From the NCBI RefSeq assembly GCF_009914755.1, contig NC_060941.1: 64,000 nt of DNA; one strand, 5' to 3'. The notes below the pieces were generated by a model. It was not told the origin of the DNA and did not search any database. It saw only the letters and a program-made list of their open reading frames with translations. Of the stretch, positions 1 to 16,026 are shown in pieces. The DNA comes from the human T2T-CHM13v2.0 reference genome, Homo sapiens. Made by a program: the position numbers and the translations under genes. Every line of letters starts with the position of its first letter. The stretch's first letter is position 1.

Positions 1-333
1 CTTTCCAGGCATGACTTCTACGTTATTCTCTAAATCATAGTTATCTGTGGTGACCAGCAAGTTACCAAATATGGCTATAATATCCTATGTTTTCTCCATA
101 TGCTATGGAGAAACAAAGAACCCCTAAACAATGAAAACTAAGGAGACACAAACCCTCCCCCGAGACCCTAGGCTTGGAGGGGCACGAAATAATACCACCA
201 TTAATACTAATATTTGCTAAACTGTATTGTGCAAATTTGCTCAACTGTTTCCTCTGTTTCCTATGTGCAAGACCCTGTGCTGAGCACAGTATCTCACTGA
301 GTCATCACAGTAATCCTGTGAGCTGGTACTGAT

Positions 334-1069
<736 letters not shown>

Positions 1070-1854
1070 CTAATGTTACACTTGTTTTATAGATGTGAAA
1101 AGGTGCTCCTTATAATGGAGGATGATTGACCTGTCCAAAATCACAGAGCAAGATGGTGATAAAATTAGGTCACCAAGCCAGGCTTGCCCAGTGCTAAGAC
1201 TTCTCCCTATTATATCACCTCCCAGAATTAAGACAATGGAGTTTTCCCATGCCACACCCAGCATTGCCTACTCTCTGTAATGGCTATGTTGGGTCTGGAG
1301 ACTCCGATTTTCCATGAAACTCAGTAGTCATACACTTGGAAATCTCAAGTTCTGCCTTTCCCCCTTTTGGCATGGGTGGCTGTCCCACTATGTCTCAGCC
1401 TTGCCACTTCTTCCTAAATCTGAGAAAGTGAATGTTAGCCAGCCCTGACTCTTTCCTGATGACTTAGCAAGCACTGATTGAACTTGTACTTGGAACAATG
1501 GTTTCCTAGGTTCTGAGTGGCAGAATGGGGCAGGAGGGGAGGAGACCAGTGAGGCGAGGCTTGACCAATACCAAGCTGGCTAACATCAATATGGCTCTTT
1601 ACCGTTTTACAGAGAGTGTTCACACACTCATTCTCCTATGGTTCCCACACAGGAATCTCTGAAGTAGGAGCAGGCATCCCATCTCACAGGTGAGGACAAA
1701 GCCTCTCACAGAGTGTATGTGCCTCATCTGTGGCCACGTGCTCTGCAGAATCAGGGTTCAATTACCATCCCTGTGATGCCTCGTGGAGTGCTCTGCATTG
1801 CTGCTGGAATCCTATGTCTCCTCCTACTTACTTTCCTCTATTTCATTCTCATAC

Positions 1855-2020
1855 ATAGCTGAACCTCTCTGTGCCTCACTTTCCTCATCTGTATATGGGG
1901 AGAACAATAGTGGCTACTGTTTTGTTGTGAAGATTAAATAAGGTAATACATGTAAAGATAGTTGAAAGAGTACATAACACATAATAATTACTTAACAAAC
2001 ATTAGGTACTCATAGTTACT
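1855..2020 (+). mobile_element. MIR SINE fragment
   Basis: Core gaacctctctgtgcctcactttcctcatctgt and gttgtgaagattaaat. Confidence 0.75.
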
Positions 2021-4143
2021 ATTAACAATTACTAGTATTACCATTACTGCTGATACTATGATGCACACACAAGTAACAATTATAAAGATATATGCAAATA
2101 AATGCAAATGAGTATATGCACTTGCTTATTATTTTACAATGAAAGTGCTGAATGATACGAAGCAACAAAAGGTGATATAAAATAAGATTTCCTAAACTTG
2201 GCTGTTTTTGATATATATATATCCCTAACATTTCATGTTTCAGTAATTAAGGCCATGAAGAGAACTAAAATATTGACTAAATCCTGGAGGAATTTCCAAA
2301 TGGGAATGATGGAAAGACAGACACAGAGACAGGCCAGCCACCACAGCCACCAGGTTAAAATGAGGGAAGGCCTACAATTGCCATGGGAACAGAGAAGACA
2401 AGGAGAGGGAAAAGAGAGAAGCATTTTTTTTTTTTGAACTAGGCCAGCTAACACAGTTATGTAACTTAATTGTCATAACTGTCATGTGAGATACATGGTA
2501 TTAGCCTCATTTTACAAATGTGGAAATTGAGACTCAAGTTCAAGTACCTTGTTGAAGTCACAAAATGAAATGGAATTTTAACAGACTTTTACTCTAAAAC
2601 CCATGCTTTCTCTACCTCTCTACCACCAACAGAAGCTTCTGGGGAGCACCTCGGGAGACAGCCTTTTGATGTCTCCCTTCTCTGGGCTCTTAGAGCACTT
2701 AGCATCTCTGTAATTCATGCACACAACACTCACACACAGCATGCATTGCTTTATGTGCACACCAGCAAGTGATCCCTACCACCAGGCCATAAGCTCCTTC
2801 AAGACAGAGTCAGCATCTTAGTTGCTTTTCTATTTCCTACCTGACTAACATATTGACTTGTACATGGTAAGTATCTGTTGAGTAACCTAGTAGAGAAGAG
2901 AGATTCTATGATATAAAAGACTGAGGAGAATGCAAAAGCTTTCATAATCAAAGGTTGCTCAGTGTGTAGAACATTCTGGAAGCCAGGTTGGAGTGATACA
3001 TTCCCAACCCTGGTTATAGAGGACTGACTCAAGTATGGATCCTTTACTGCAGCTGAGCTGCTCAGATAATTGTCTTTCTTATTTGGGACTAGGACTAGGG
3101 AGATTACATCTGGGGTAGTCTCTTAGAGACAGGGGATGTAAACTGAGGCTTTGTGGGCTAGTCATCTCCTGTCTGAGAAGCAGAGAGAAGGATGAAGTAG
3201 ACATTCAGTAGGAAGACACCCTCAGAGCCTGGTGGAGAAGTTGCTAGATTTCTGCAGGATTATCATCATGGAAAGGATCTCACTGGGCCTTTGAAGCCAG
3301 ATTGCTCAGGTCTAAATCTTGGTTCTGCTCCTTATAATCAGTGTGACCACGGGAAAACTGTTTAACCAGCCCATGCCTCAGTTTACCCCTCTGTGAAATA
3401 AAGATGAGAATACCTTCCTCAGGGTGCCATGTCATGTGCTTCAGCACAGTGCTGGATGCATAATACAACTTCGATGAACTGTAGCTATCATTTTAATGTT
3501 GGGCCTCCATTTGATTCTTTTGTGCTTTCCATCTGAATGTTTCAGGCATCTTGTATACTTTTTCCTTCCTGCTTTCAGAACTCTCAGAAGTCCAATTGCT
3601 ACTTGCAACACAAAGCAAATCAAGTTGGCTCGGTTGCTGGTAGACAGACCTGTCTCTTCGGTGGTTTCTGCCTGAGCATATTTATCAGCTACTAGCCAGA
3701 AACACACACCTGTATTATTATAAGTGGCACCCCAGGTCCCAGCACATTTCAAAGCACAGACTCTTCTCTCCTTCTAAGGAGAAGGGCCTCTGCTTCTTTG
3801 TTCTCTTTGATTCTCAGGGCTTCTTATTAATTTGGTATAGGGCTGGGGATATTAATGTCCTCTTGTTGTCAAGAACATTCTCCAAAGTCATGAATAATCA
3901 CGTTGTCATGCCTGTGTGACTTAAAATACAAAAGGTGCAATTTATGCAAGTTTTAAAGTTACTTTTTCAAAAGAGTTCAACCCATGAAGCTGTCAGGCTG
4001 TCAGAATGTAAGCACCAAACTAGAACCTTAGCACTTACTTATGAATTTTCAAAGGACTTTAGCACATTTTTAATTAGCTTCTCCCCCTGCCCGCAAGCCT
4101 GCAAAACAATCTGTTTGGCTATTATATTCTGTGAGTGGGGTAG

Positions 4144-4555
<412 letters not shown>

Positions 4556-5289
4556 TAATTTTTATTTTTATTAAAAGATAGTTGAGGAAAGAAAGCAGGA
4601 TGCCAGCCAGCCAGCCAAGATACATGCAGAGGTTTTTAATACATACATCCTATAGTTACGCACCATTTCTCCAAGCACTTATAAGTACCCCAATTCACCT
4701 GACCCTCCCAACAGTGCCATTTATTCCCCTCCTCTTACAGATGGGTAAGCAGGTTCCCAGGCCTTGGGAGACCATTGTTCCCCATACCTCCTGACTCATG
4801 ACAAGGGACTGTTCCCAGAGAAACACTTCTGGACTCTCTGCCCCATTCTCACTCCTCTAAAGGGGGAGGGGCATACTTCTGAGACTGGTGACTTGAGTGA
4901 AAGGACTGGGCCTGTGAAGCTCAGTGCCATGCTATCTGCTCTGAAAGGCCTGCTCACAGAGAGGGCACAGTCTGGTTTACTCTCTTGGCTGTGCTGGGAC
5001 TTCAGTGGTAAAGACCTGTCCTCACTGAGGTCAGCCTGATGGTTTAGGGTAAGTTTAATTTGGGGTGATGGTGTGGACAATGCTCTCAAATTCACTTTGC
5101 AGCATATGTTAGCTGGATCCCCTACACAGTTTTCATCATCCATAAAGCTAACGTTTTGGCTTTCACCTGACTCCTGGGTCTTTCTCTTAATTTAAGCCAT
5201 GCAGGGTACAAGGGGGGTGGGTAGGGAATGTTATTTACTATAGCCATCTCCAACACAAGTAAGAATCTATTGTAAATAGCAAAGCTGTT

Positions 5290-5877
5290 CTTTTATTTAT
5301 TCCACACATATTTATTGTGTATCTACTATGTGTCAGGGCCCAGGTTTTAAATAAGAGTCCTCATCAAGTATGTATTTTAGTGGTGGAGAAAGGCATTTAA
5401 CAATGAAATGCACAATTACATGGCAATAAGGACAAAGCAAAGAAGCGTGGGATGCTGGGAGAATGTCTAACAGGGAGCACGACATAGTCTTGTCTGGAAG
5501 TTGAAGGTTGTTTTCTCTGAGCAAGTAATATTTAAACAGGACTCAGGGATTAGCAGGAAGAGGCCAAGCAGAGTATGTATGTGGGGAAGAATGAGGGATG
5601 ATCTCTTCACGTGGTACTTGGGAACCTGAAGGGAGGCAGGTGTGGCTGAAACAGAGAAACAGAAGGGGAATGGGACATATGGCAAGATGCAGCTGGTAAG
5701 GTAGGCCAATTGTGCAGGATCTTGTGGGTCAGATTGAGAATACCCTAGGTGTTTTCTAAGGTCTAGAGAAGATCTTAGAAATGAGAAGCCATTGAAAGCC
5801 TTAAAGCAAGAGTGAGATACACTGAGATTTGGCTTTCACAAAGGTCACCCTAGCTGTTGTGTAAAGAATGGATTAGA
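5290..5877 (-). mobile_element. L2 LINE 3' fragment
   Basis: Reverse-complement L2 tail (atttattgtgtatctactatgtgtcagg) and L2-like body up to gaatggattagag. Confidence 0.65.
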
Positions 5878-6155
<278 letters not shown>

Positions 6156-6159
6156 TTTT

Positions 6160-6582
6160 ATAGTAGCCACATTAACAAAAGAATAAAACAGGTAAAATCA
6201 GTTTTAAGAATATAGACCATTTAGCTCAATCTATCCCAAAGATGATCATTTCAACAGGTAGTCAAAATAAAAATTATTAATATTTTACATGCATTTTTAA
6301 TACAAAGTCTCCAAAATCCAGCACATCTCAACTTGAGTACCAGATTTTCTTATTAGTACTTGATCTGTGTTTAAATTTCATAAAACTTGTAGTTGAAAAA
6401 AATATTCATACACTTAGGTCATACTAACAAATTTGAAAGCTTTCCAGTAACTGAACTGAGTATCTGTTTTTCAATTTAAATTAGTCCACATTAAGTAAAG
6501 TTAAAATGTCAGTTGTTTGCACTAGCCCCATTTCAAGACCTCAGTAGTCACATGTAGCTAGTACCTACACGTATTGGACAAT
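6160..6582. mobile_element. hAT-Charlie DNA transposon fragment (MER33/MER3-like)
   Basis: tagtagccacatt..., ending atttcaagacctcagtagtcacatgtagctagt...tattggaca, typical of MER3/MER33 ends. Confidence 0.7.
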
Positions 6583-7119
6583 TCAGTCCTGGAGAATCTC
6601 ATCTGTGTAGCGGGGCGTGGGAGTCAGGTTTTTCAGACACCAAGGGCCAAGAACCGTTCCTGGCACTCCAGGCCTGCCTGCGATTGGGCAGAGCAGACTC
6701 TCACAGCCAGAGGAAGCCAGAGGCAGTTGGTAGTTAGGTAGCCATAGAACCCTGATGAAAATAAAACCCAAAGGGAATAGGGAAGGGATGAATCCACTGC
6801 AAGAGAATTCATGTTGGAAACAGTTTATAGACTGAACAAAATGAGAGGAAAAAAGAGAGAGAAATCAAATATGATTTGTAGGTTTCTGGCTTACAATTGT
6901 GTGAATAGTAGTAGCATTTACTGCGATAGGAAGGATGGGAGGAGGCCTTGGTTTGGAAATAAGGCCATTGGTTTGATTCTGGACATTTGAGTTTAGAGTT
7001 CCTGTGAAAGATCCAAGTGGTGATATTGAGTTGGCTTTGAGATGGGCCAGCTGAGAGATCAAGAAATATTTCAGGACAGTTTAGAGCTTGACTAATAAAA
7101 ACAACGTATTTCACTTGTA

Positions 7120-7310
7120 CACAGATTTTCTTTAACCAAATGCAGATCAAAAATACAGTATTTGAGGGATATAAAACCCACATATATGGAGGGCCGATTT
7201 TTTTGTACAAGAGTTCTGCTGAGCCCACTACAGGACTTGAGTATGAGCAGATTTGGATAGACTTAGAAGTCCTGGAACCAATCCCCTGTGTATACTGAGG
7301 GACAACTATA
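7120..7310. mobile_element. TcMar-Tigger MITE fragment (MER46C-like)
   Basis: aaaatacagtatt...ggacttgagtatg...cctggaaccaatcccctgtgtatactgagggacaactata terminus. Confidence 0.7.
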
Positions 7311-7416
7311 AAGGGAATGATCAGATATGTGTATAGTCATCTTAAATATTATAGCATAGCTCCCAGGCTGGGCACAAGATGAAACAATGGCCAAATTGCA
7401 GATATTAATATTTATA

Positions 7417-7727
<311 letters not shown>

Positions 7728-10583
7728 TTATTGATGGAGCCTCATCTGTTGTGAGGCAGGATTGGCTCACAGCACTCCCCTCAGTTTAGATAGAAAAGAT
7801 CCTTCAGGAATGTATGTTCCCCTTTGCTCTCCGAGTCCAAGTACCTTTTGTTGACAAATGATAGTAAAGAGAGCTGTCTTGGGTAAAGGACATAGTCTTC
7901 AGAAAGTGCACTCTCATTCTAAATAATAGCAGCCTTCAGATTTATGCTGTCTTCTTCTGGGTGTTTGTTTACCTTGGGTTAGTCTTTTTGGGACCCATCA
8001 ACTCTGAAGGTCCTGTTTCATGGGACAAAGCCGCTATTGGGCACATGAAAAGCTCTCCCCAGACTCAACTGATGGACTGGAGAAGCACCAGAGGCACAGC
8101 TCACAGCCCTTCAGACCCAGCATGCTGTGGAAGTCAAGCTTGGTCAGCTGGCCTTGCCTGTAAGCTTGCTCAGGGGCATAGATCGCTATATGAGTACTCT
8201 TCAGATAGCTTTCTAAGGATAAGGCCACCGAATAGGTGATCCAGATGATGAGGTCTTACAGGATTTAACACTTTGCTAGTAGGTTTTGTTCCATTAACTT
8301 AGATGGGATTGCAGAAAACACACCTTGACCACATGGTAATAGTCCTGATGGCTGTAAAATCACATCTAACACCTTTACACAGAGGAAATAATTCAGTGTC
8401 AATCATTTGTTCAACTCAAACTGGTAAAGTGCCTACATTTTCCCAGGCCTTGTGCGAGGCATGGGACTCAGAGATGAGCAGGGCACTTTCTGTTTCCGAA
8501 ACAATCAGAGGAGAGTATGCTAGAAGGTACAACAAATGCAGGGGATCCCAGAAATGGGGCCTCTAGCTCAGGCTGCTCAGGGAGGAGAGGGGTGTTTCCT
8601 GGAGAAATAAACTGCTTAGCGGAAACTGCTGAGGAAATAGAAACACTGGAGCCTCGTGTTCTTGGGTCAGAGTTGGACCCAGGAACTCAGGCTTCTACCT
8701 CCTGGAAGGTGCTGACCTCCATCAGCCAGCTGAATTAGCACCATTTTATCTACAGCAAGATCAAGAGAGAGTCTGTGGCAGGAAGTACAGAGCCTGGGGA
8801 CTGCGAAGAAACAGAAAACTATAATAATACTGAAGCCCTCAGAACCAGAGAAGGGGACTTCCAGGGTGCAACAGAACAGGTGTTTGGGAGTTGGCAGGTT
8901 ATAGGCACTGTTTTCCCTTTCCAAAAATGGGAGAAAGGTAAGTGCCTCGAGAGCCCTGTGGAGGGGCCTGGTGTCTCGGGGCTCCCTGTTTGTTACCCCT
9001 GCTCTGCCCTACATCTTCCCAGATGGAATTCTGGCCACAAGTTATCAGGTTGCAGATGAATAGTGAATACTTTTTTTGAATTTCATCATTCTTCCCCCTA
9101 GAATGACTCATTACAAATTCTGTGTCCATGTGATGCATTAATATTGATTAAGAAACAGGTGCTCTCAGATTCAATTAGCAAAACTGCAATGATTCACACA
9201 GGGTTACGCTGGAAAATTGGGGGAAAATATGCAGGTGTGAAAATGAGCCTAATCTGAAGGTGCTGCAGCAGGTCTTGAAAAATGCATCCCCTCCAGCAAA
9301 TGCTTTCCTGGAATTACCCTTTGTTTGGGTGACAAATGGACTTGCCATTTCAACCAAACAGTGACCCCAAACCTCTGTGGCTTAGGATCCAGTGGAACTT
9401 CACATTTGGAGTCAGACTTCTATGTCGGGATTCCCAAGCTTTCCTGTTGAACCACTGCAGCTGTTTGTGAAACACACAGCTTCCTTGGCCCCAATCTAGG
9501 TGATTCAAATTCATGGATTTAGGTGAGGAACCTGAAAATCTGTACCTTGGAAAGTAATTCATGTGCCTCTTGTCATAGACAAGTTAGGGAATGTGCCTCA
9601 GGAGAAGGCTGGAAACTTGGGGCTGGGAAGTGCTGCCTGCGGTTGGATGATGGTGGGCACCTCAGCGACATCAGCCACCCCTTTCTGGCTTGGCTTTGCC
9701 ATATGTAGTATCCAGAGGCTATATCTCTCCCTGTGGATGCTGAGTGAGTAGTGTTCTGATCTAACACACATAAAACAGGAAGGAACATCACGATTTGGCA
9801 ATTAATACTTTTTAACAGAAAAAAAACTTTAAATAGATTCTAGAGTGTAATCATAGACATTCAACCTGGACTTCTAGAACATTCTTGGGCTTCTTTCTAG
9901 CAAAACCTCCTTTGACAACAAAAGAGAGTTTGTGACTTAGATGTCTTCCTGACTGTATTTTAGAGTGCTAAACTTCAGTCATAGACATCAGAGTCTCATA
10001 GAATTTTTAGGGCAGGGAGGGACATTTGAGATAATCTAGTTCAATCCTTTCATGGTGCAGAGGAAGGCATGCAGGCTCATCAAGGTGGAGAGACTTGCTC
10101 AGTGCTACTTGGGAGGTAAGATGAGAGAACTAAAGATGAGACAGCACATTCTCCGAGTCTTGGCTTCCAGCTCCCAGTGCCTCTTTCTGGCCACCACACT
10201 GTTTCTGAGATCCCCTCATTATTTGACCACAGTATGCTAAGAAGCAGGGAAATCAGCAAGGACTTCATTTTCTTTCCATACATATTAAGTGAGAGCCCAA
10301 TATATTCAAGGAATTGAGTGGCATGATGAGGGGTAAGGATGCAAGGTCACATGGACACCTAAATGAACAACTGCAATAAAATATGACAAATGCAAGAGTA
10401 GAAGTACACACGGAGCAGTGGCAACTCAAGAGAGAAAGTGACTAACTCCTCGAAAAATTAGGGACGTCTTCTCAGAGGGTATTGAGTCAAAAGTCAAATC
10501 TTATTATGTCCTGGTGAAAGAAATGGCACACCTGGCAGAAAGAACAGTGTGAGCAAGAGCCTGGAGGTTTCGAATTCTAAAGC

Positions 10584-10780
10584 AAGTGTCAGCAAACATT
10601 TTCCGTGAAGAGCAAGGAAGCAAAGATCTTAGGATTTGTGGTCATATGGCTTCAACTCTGTTGTGGTAGCATGACAACATGTAAGTAAATGGGCATGGCA
10701 GTGGGCTAATAAAACTATTTACAAAAGGAGGCAGAGAGCCATATTTGGCCAGTGGGCTGCAGTTTGTTGACACTCTCTTC
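10584..10780. mobile_element. MER58A-like hAT-Charlie element
   Basis: gtgtcagcaaacatttt...aataaaactatttacaaaa...ggctgcagtttgttgacac with terminal inverted repeats. Confidence 0.75.
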
Positions 10781-11544
10781 TAAATATGTGTCTATCATAA
10801 GTAGTTCAGGATGGTTGGAGCATAGAGCTTGGGGAGGAAGAACTGGGAGGGAAGGCGTGACAAGATGAATCTGATCAGCTTAGTAAGGACGAGATCAAGA
10901 AGGGACTCCAATGGTAAAGACATGCTTGGACAAGTCATTTATCATCTCTGAGCCTTACCTTTCTCATCTGTAAAATGGGAATAAAAATAATTCCTGAGAA
11001 GGACTGTTGTGGATATTATTATAATATCTGAGATAAATCCAGCACAGTTCTTGACATTTACTGAGTGTTGTAAAATGTTGGCTGCTATTCATGGCACTTT
11101 CTCCATAATTGGGATGCATTTGAAGATGGAGATGTGGGATTGTCATGAGTTCGGAAATAGGCTCTAGAAGCAAGGTGTTTTGTTTTTTCCAGCAGGTTAA
11201 ATAAGGAAAAGAGATGCTATTTGGCCATGAGTCCAGAGGGGAAGTCTTCAATGGAGGCTCTAGATCAAATGGCCTCTTATTATCTGAACTCACTTGCATT
11301 AATAATGATGAAAATCTACTTGTTCATTTCCTCCACTGGACTTTGAGTTCCTTGAAAGTGGACCAATTCATTTGTCATCTACAGAACCAGAAACACAATA
11401 GGACTCAATGAATGGCTAATAAAGATGTCTTTGTATCTGTTTCTCTGTCTGCATGTGACACCTCCCTTTTCTTTTCCCCTTTAAGTCCCACCTTTATCCC
11501 TATGCCATATAGACTTTGCTGTTAGAACAATCATGACATGTAAC

Positions 11545-11770
11545 AGTTTTTGAATTCTTACTATGTGCTAGGCATAATCCTTAACAATATATGTATACCA
11601 TTTTATGTCTTATATAATGAGGTAGGTATTAGATAACATTGAGATAGGTATTGTTATTATTCCTATTTTGTAGATGAGGAAACAGGGCTCAGAAGATTTG
11701 CTCCAAATCTTAACAGCCAGTAAGTGGCAGGACTGGGATTTGACTTATCTGACTCTCAAGCCTGAGTTTG
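11545..11770 (-). mobile_element. MIR SINE
   Basis: cctattttgtagatgaggaaacagggctcaga...cagccagtaagtggcaggactgggatttga. Confidence 0.75.
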
Positions 11771-12229
11771 TGCACTGTCTTCCGATGTTCTAATTCATTC
11801 CATGTACATTAGTCTCTTTCCCCAATCAGACTGTTTGCTGAATATTTTATTTCTTTCAGTACCCAACCTAATGTGGAAAAGCAGACATTTATTAAATACT
11901 CAGAGACTTAATTTGAAAAGACTTTTGCCCCGTGGTCATCTGAATACTCCAAAGAATGTACTACTAACTTGTTCTCACCTTTGGGAATCACCACTCTTTT
12001 GTCATATGGGAAAAATGAAAATATTTTTATCTGTTTATATGCTAAGCAGCATTATAACAGCTGCCTGAAAATCTAGGCTTCCCATCCATCACACAAGCAC
12101 CTGGATGCTGTAATCACAGATGACAAACCAGCTCATCAGTGAGGTCTCTTTGCAGAACAGGTTTGATACTAGGGATCTTCATGGAGAAAACATTTTCTCC
12201 ATCAAAATGAAATGAAGGCCCACTGGACT

Positions 12230-12805
12230 AGAATCTTCCTTTTAACAATGGCAGATGGTATCCAGCATTGGTTCATTTCTTTCTGATAAGAAAAGGCCAA
12301 GCTTGCTTCTTTCATCTCTTCATTCTCCATGGAGCCAGGAAAACAGAAAGAAAAGTATGATAGATGTGTGTCCATTTTCTGATTGTCCAGCGTCCAACCC
12401 CCTTGACCAAGAGGGATGCTGTCTCTCCTCCAGTGTGTATGATCTTGGCAGGAAAGCAATTCTCAATGCCTGTCCTCCACTCTGGAAACTTGGAGCTTAG
12501 ATCCTTCCAATATTCCTGGTTCAGCAGGGAGGCAGGATGTTGCATCCTGAGTATGTGATAGCAAATGGTGGCTTGGCAGACATCAGCTTGACCCAGCAGT
12601 GGTAGAGCAGTGATGGTAGCAGTGACGTATCAGTGTCACTGACAGCCTCCTGACCAGCATGTGGTTGTCTCTGATGCTTGACTTCCCTTGCTCCAAGTCT
12701 GCTCTTCTAATTTCCCACCAATCTCCTTCCAGAAAAATCTCCATTTTGCATAAGACAGCCAGAGTTGATTTCTGTTGCTTGCAACCATGAATGCTGAGTG
12801 ACATA
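12230..12805 (+). mobile_element. Ancient ERVL-MaLR LTR (MLT1J-L-like)
   Basis: 3' end ttctgttgcttgcaaccatgaatgctgagtgacata resembles MLT1-type termini; 5' boundary uncertain. Confidence 0.5.
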
Positions 12806-14206
12806 ATATGGGAAGTAGACTTTTTATCTACAATCACCCAGCTGACTGTTGTCTAAATAGTCATCTCTTTTCCCTGGAGTTGTTTTACTGGCTGAAGAGA
12901 AATGATTTTTTTTTCTTTCCTTCCCATATTTCAGGGACAATGATAAGCAGGGTAATGCCCCCAAAGCAGGAACTACATTGAAAATGAATACTTATTGAAT
13001 GGCCCATTAGAGAAGTATGAAAGCTCATGTTGCTTTTACTCATTGCTCTATTCTCAAAATGTAGAACAGTGTTTCACACACCCTGGGTACTCTGATTAAT
13101 GAATTAATTACATGGTACTTATTAATGGCTAAATAAAAACTCAGATTTTCACATTTAGTCTTCACAACAAATATACAAACTAGCAACCACTGTCTACATT
13201 ATACACATAAAGAAACCAAACCCCAGCAAGGTCAAGTCGCTTTCCCATTATTGCTGATTAATGTTGGAGTTGGAATTCTCAGTAAGGACCACCTAACTCC
13301 AATCCAGGCTTTTTCTATTCCCTATACTGAGGCAGGCAAGGAGAATAAGAAAGAAGAAGGAAAAAAAGAACTGAAAAGAAAGAAATAGAGAAAAGAAAAG
13401 GAGACAAGAAAAGAAAAGGCAGTGAGGTGAGGTGAAGGTCTGGTTGGTTTAAAGGGGGGTCCTTTTCCTTGGATAAATGAGAATTTCCAGAGTCAGTTCT
13501 TTCTCAGATACAAATGGCAGAAGAGGGTGGGCTCTGTTAGGTGCTGAGGTTCTGCAGTGGGACCAGGAGGCTGAGGTTCTGAGGTTCATCCTGGCCCAGA
13601 GAGAGCAGGTGTGAGGGGGCCGCTGAGCAGACAGCACAGCAGTTCCCATACACAGCTGTGTAGGAGCAAGGCTGGAGAGCTGGCCTGCTCTCCATCTTTA
13701 GAATCTGCCTACTGGGCTCCTTGAAAGAGGAGGGGCCTGCCAGGGAAGTGGAGTGCAGCGGGGATGGTACAGGGAGGGAACTGCTTCACCTAGCAGGCAG
13801 CACTGTGTATATGGTACCTGACCCCCCTTCTCTACCTCTCCTTGTCTAGGGGTTAAATATTATTATTCCCATTCTTCAGGCAGGGAAGCAAACCAGACAG
13901 CTTCAGTTACCCAAGGCCAAGTGCCCATTGTGAACTCTGGGAGTTCTCAGAGGAGTTGGCTGGACCCCATGGAGCTGGCAAACCCATGTATGTGGAGGTG
14001 ACATTTATCTTCTCAGCCAGGAAGGAGCACGCCATCCAGCTGCTGCCCAGAGCCCAGGAGAACCCTGCAGCACTGTGATTCTCATTAGCCTCTGGAAGGT
14101 GTGAGGGAAACATGGAAGGCAGTTATGCCTGGTTTTGGAAATTAGGGAGGTTTAATTTAAAATATGTCAGTTTAAAACAGCTCTCATCAAAACCTACTAT
14201 GGAACA

Positions 14207-14375
14207 CTAGGACTTATTCTGTCTGAATGGATTTTTTATCCACTAACCGACCTCTGTTTATCTCTGTCTTCCGCCCCTTCCCAGCCTCTGGTAATTACCA
14301 TTAGACACTCAACCTCCATGAGAACAACTTTTTCTAGCTCCCACACATTAGTGAGAACATGCCATATTTGTCTTT
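14207..14375 (-). mobile_element. Old L1MA 3'UTR, inverted segment part 1
   Basis: cccagcctctggtaattaccatt...ctcccacacattagtgagaacatgccatatttgtcttt; continues at 18212. Confidence 0.8.
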
Positions 14376-15046
14376 TAATATAATTTTTTATTTTTAGGTT
14401 TTGTGGGTACACAGTAGGTGTATGTATTTATGCAGTACAAGAGATGTTTTGTTACAGGCATGCAATGCATAACAATCACATCATGGAGAACGGAGTATCC
14501 ATCCCCTCAAGCACTTATCTTTTGTGTTACAAATGATCCAATTATACTCTTTATTTAAAAATGTATACTTCAATTATTATTGACTATGGTCACCCTGTTG
14601 TGCTATCAAATACTAGGTCTTATTCTTTCATTCTAGTTTTTTTGTATCCCTTAACCATCTGGACCACCCCGAAGTCCCCCACTATGCTTCCCAGCTTTGG
14701 AAAATGATCCTTCTATTCTCTATCTCCATGAATTCAATTGTTTTGATTTTTAGATCCCACAAATAAGTGAGAACATGCAATGTTTGTCTTTCCATGCCTG
14801 GCTTATTTCACTTAACATAATGATCTCCAGTTCCACCTGTGTTGTTGCCAGTGACATGATCTCATTCTTTTTTTATGGCTGAATAGCACTCCATTGTGTA
14901 TATGTACCACATTTTTTATCCATTCATCTGCTGATGGACACTTAGGTTGCTTCCAAATCTTGGCTATTGTGAACAGAGCTGTTACAAACATGAGAGTGTA
15001 GATGTCTCTTCGATATACTGATTTCGTGGTTATTAATCCCTTGTCA

Positions 15047-15393
15047 GAATATATAAAGAGTTCAAATAACTCTATAGGAAAAAATGTAATCCAACTTAAA
15101 AATGAGCAAAATATTTGAATAGACATTTCTCAAAAGAAGACATACAAATAGTAAATAGAAATATAAAGAGTTGCTCAACATCACTGATCATCAGAGAAAT
15201 GCAAATCAAAACTACAGTGAGATATCATCTCACCCCAGTTAAAAATTGCTTATATCCAAAATACAGGCAATAACAAACGCCAGTGAAGATGTAGAGAAAA
15301 GGGAACCCTGGTACACTGTTGGGAATGTAAATTAGTACAACTACTATGGAGAACAGTTTGGAGGTTCCTCAAAAAAAACCAAAAATAGAGTAC
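15047..15393 (+). mobile_element. Inverted L1 ORF2 C-terminal segment inside the minus-strand L1
   Basis: Sense-orientation L1 sequence (gaatagacatttctcaaaagaagacatacaaat...atcagagaaatgcaaatcaaaactac) flanked by antisense L1. Confidence 0.85.
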
Positions 15394-15961
15394 CCTTTGT
15401 TCTGTTCAACTGGCCTATGTGTCTGTTTTTATGCCAGTACCATGCTGTTTTGGTTACTAGAGCTCAGTAGTATAATTTGATGTTAGGTATTGTGATTCCT
15501 CCAGTTTTCTTCTTTTTGCTCAGGAGAGATTTGGCTATTTTGGGTCTTTTATGGTTCCATATAAATTTAAGGATTATTTTTTCTATTTCTGTAAAGAATG
15601 CCATTGGTATTTTAATAGGGATCACATTGAATCTGTAGATTGCCTTGGGCAGTATGGACATTGTAACAATATGGAGTCTTCCAATCCATGAACATGGAAT
15701 ATCTTTCCACTTTCCATTTTTTTGGTGTCCTCTTCAGTTTCTTTCATCAGTGTTTTATTGTTTTCGTTATAGAGATCTTTCACTTATTTGGTATTTAAAT
15801 TCCTAGGTATTTAATTTTATTTGTGGCTATTGTAAATAAGATTACTTTTTTGATTTCTTTTTCAGATTGTTCATTGTTGGCATATAGAAATGCTACTGAT
15901 TTTTGTATGTTGATTTTGTATCCTTCTACTTTACTGATTTTTTAATGCGTTCTAACATCTT

Positions 15962-15964
15962 TGT

Positions 15965-15997
<33 letters not shown>
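15962..15997. repeat. (TG)n microsatellite within L1
   Basis: Direct read, with one interruption near the 5' end. Confidence 0.9.
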
Positions 15998-16026
15998 GTC
16001 TTTAGGCTTTTCCAAATATAAGGTCA

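Noticed and set aside
9102-9111. Isolated AP-1 (TGACTCA) and partial CTCF-like motifs across the window
   Set aside because: Expected by chance in 64 kb; no clustering or other evidence.
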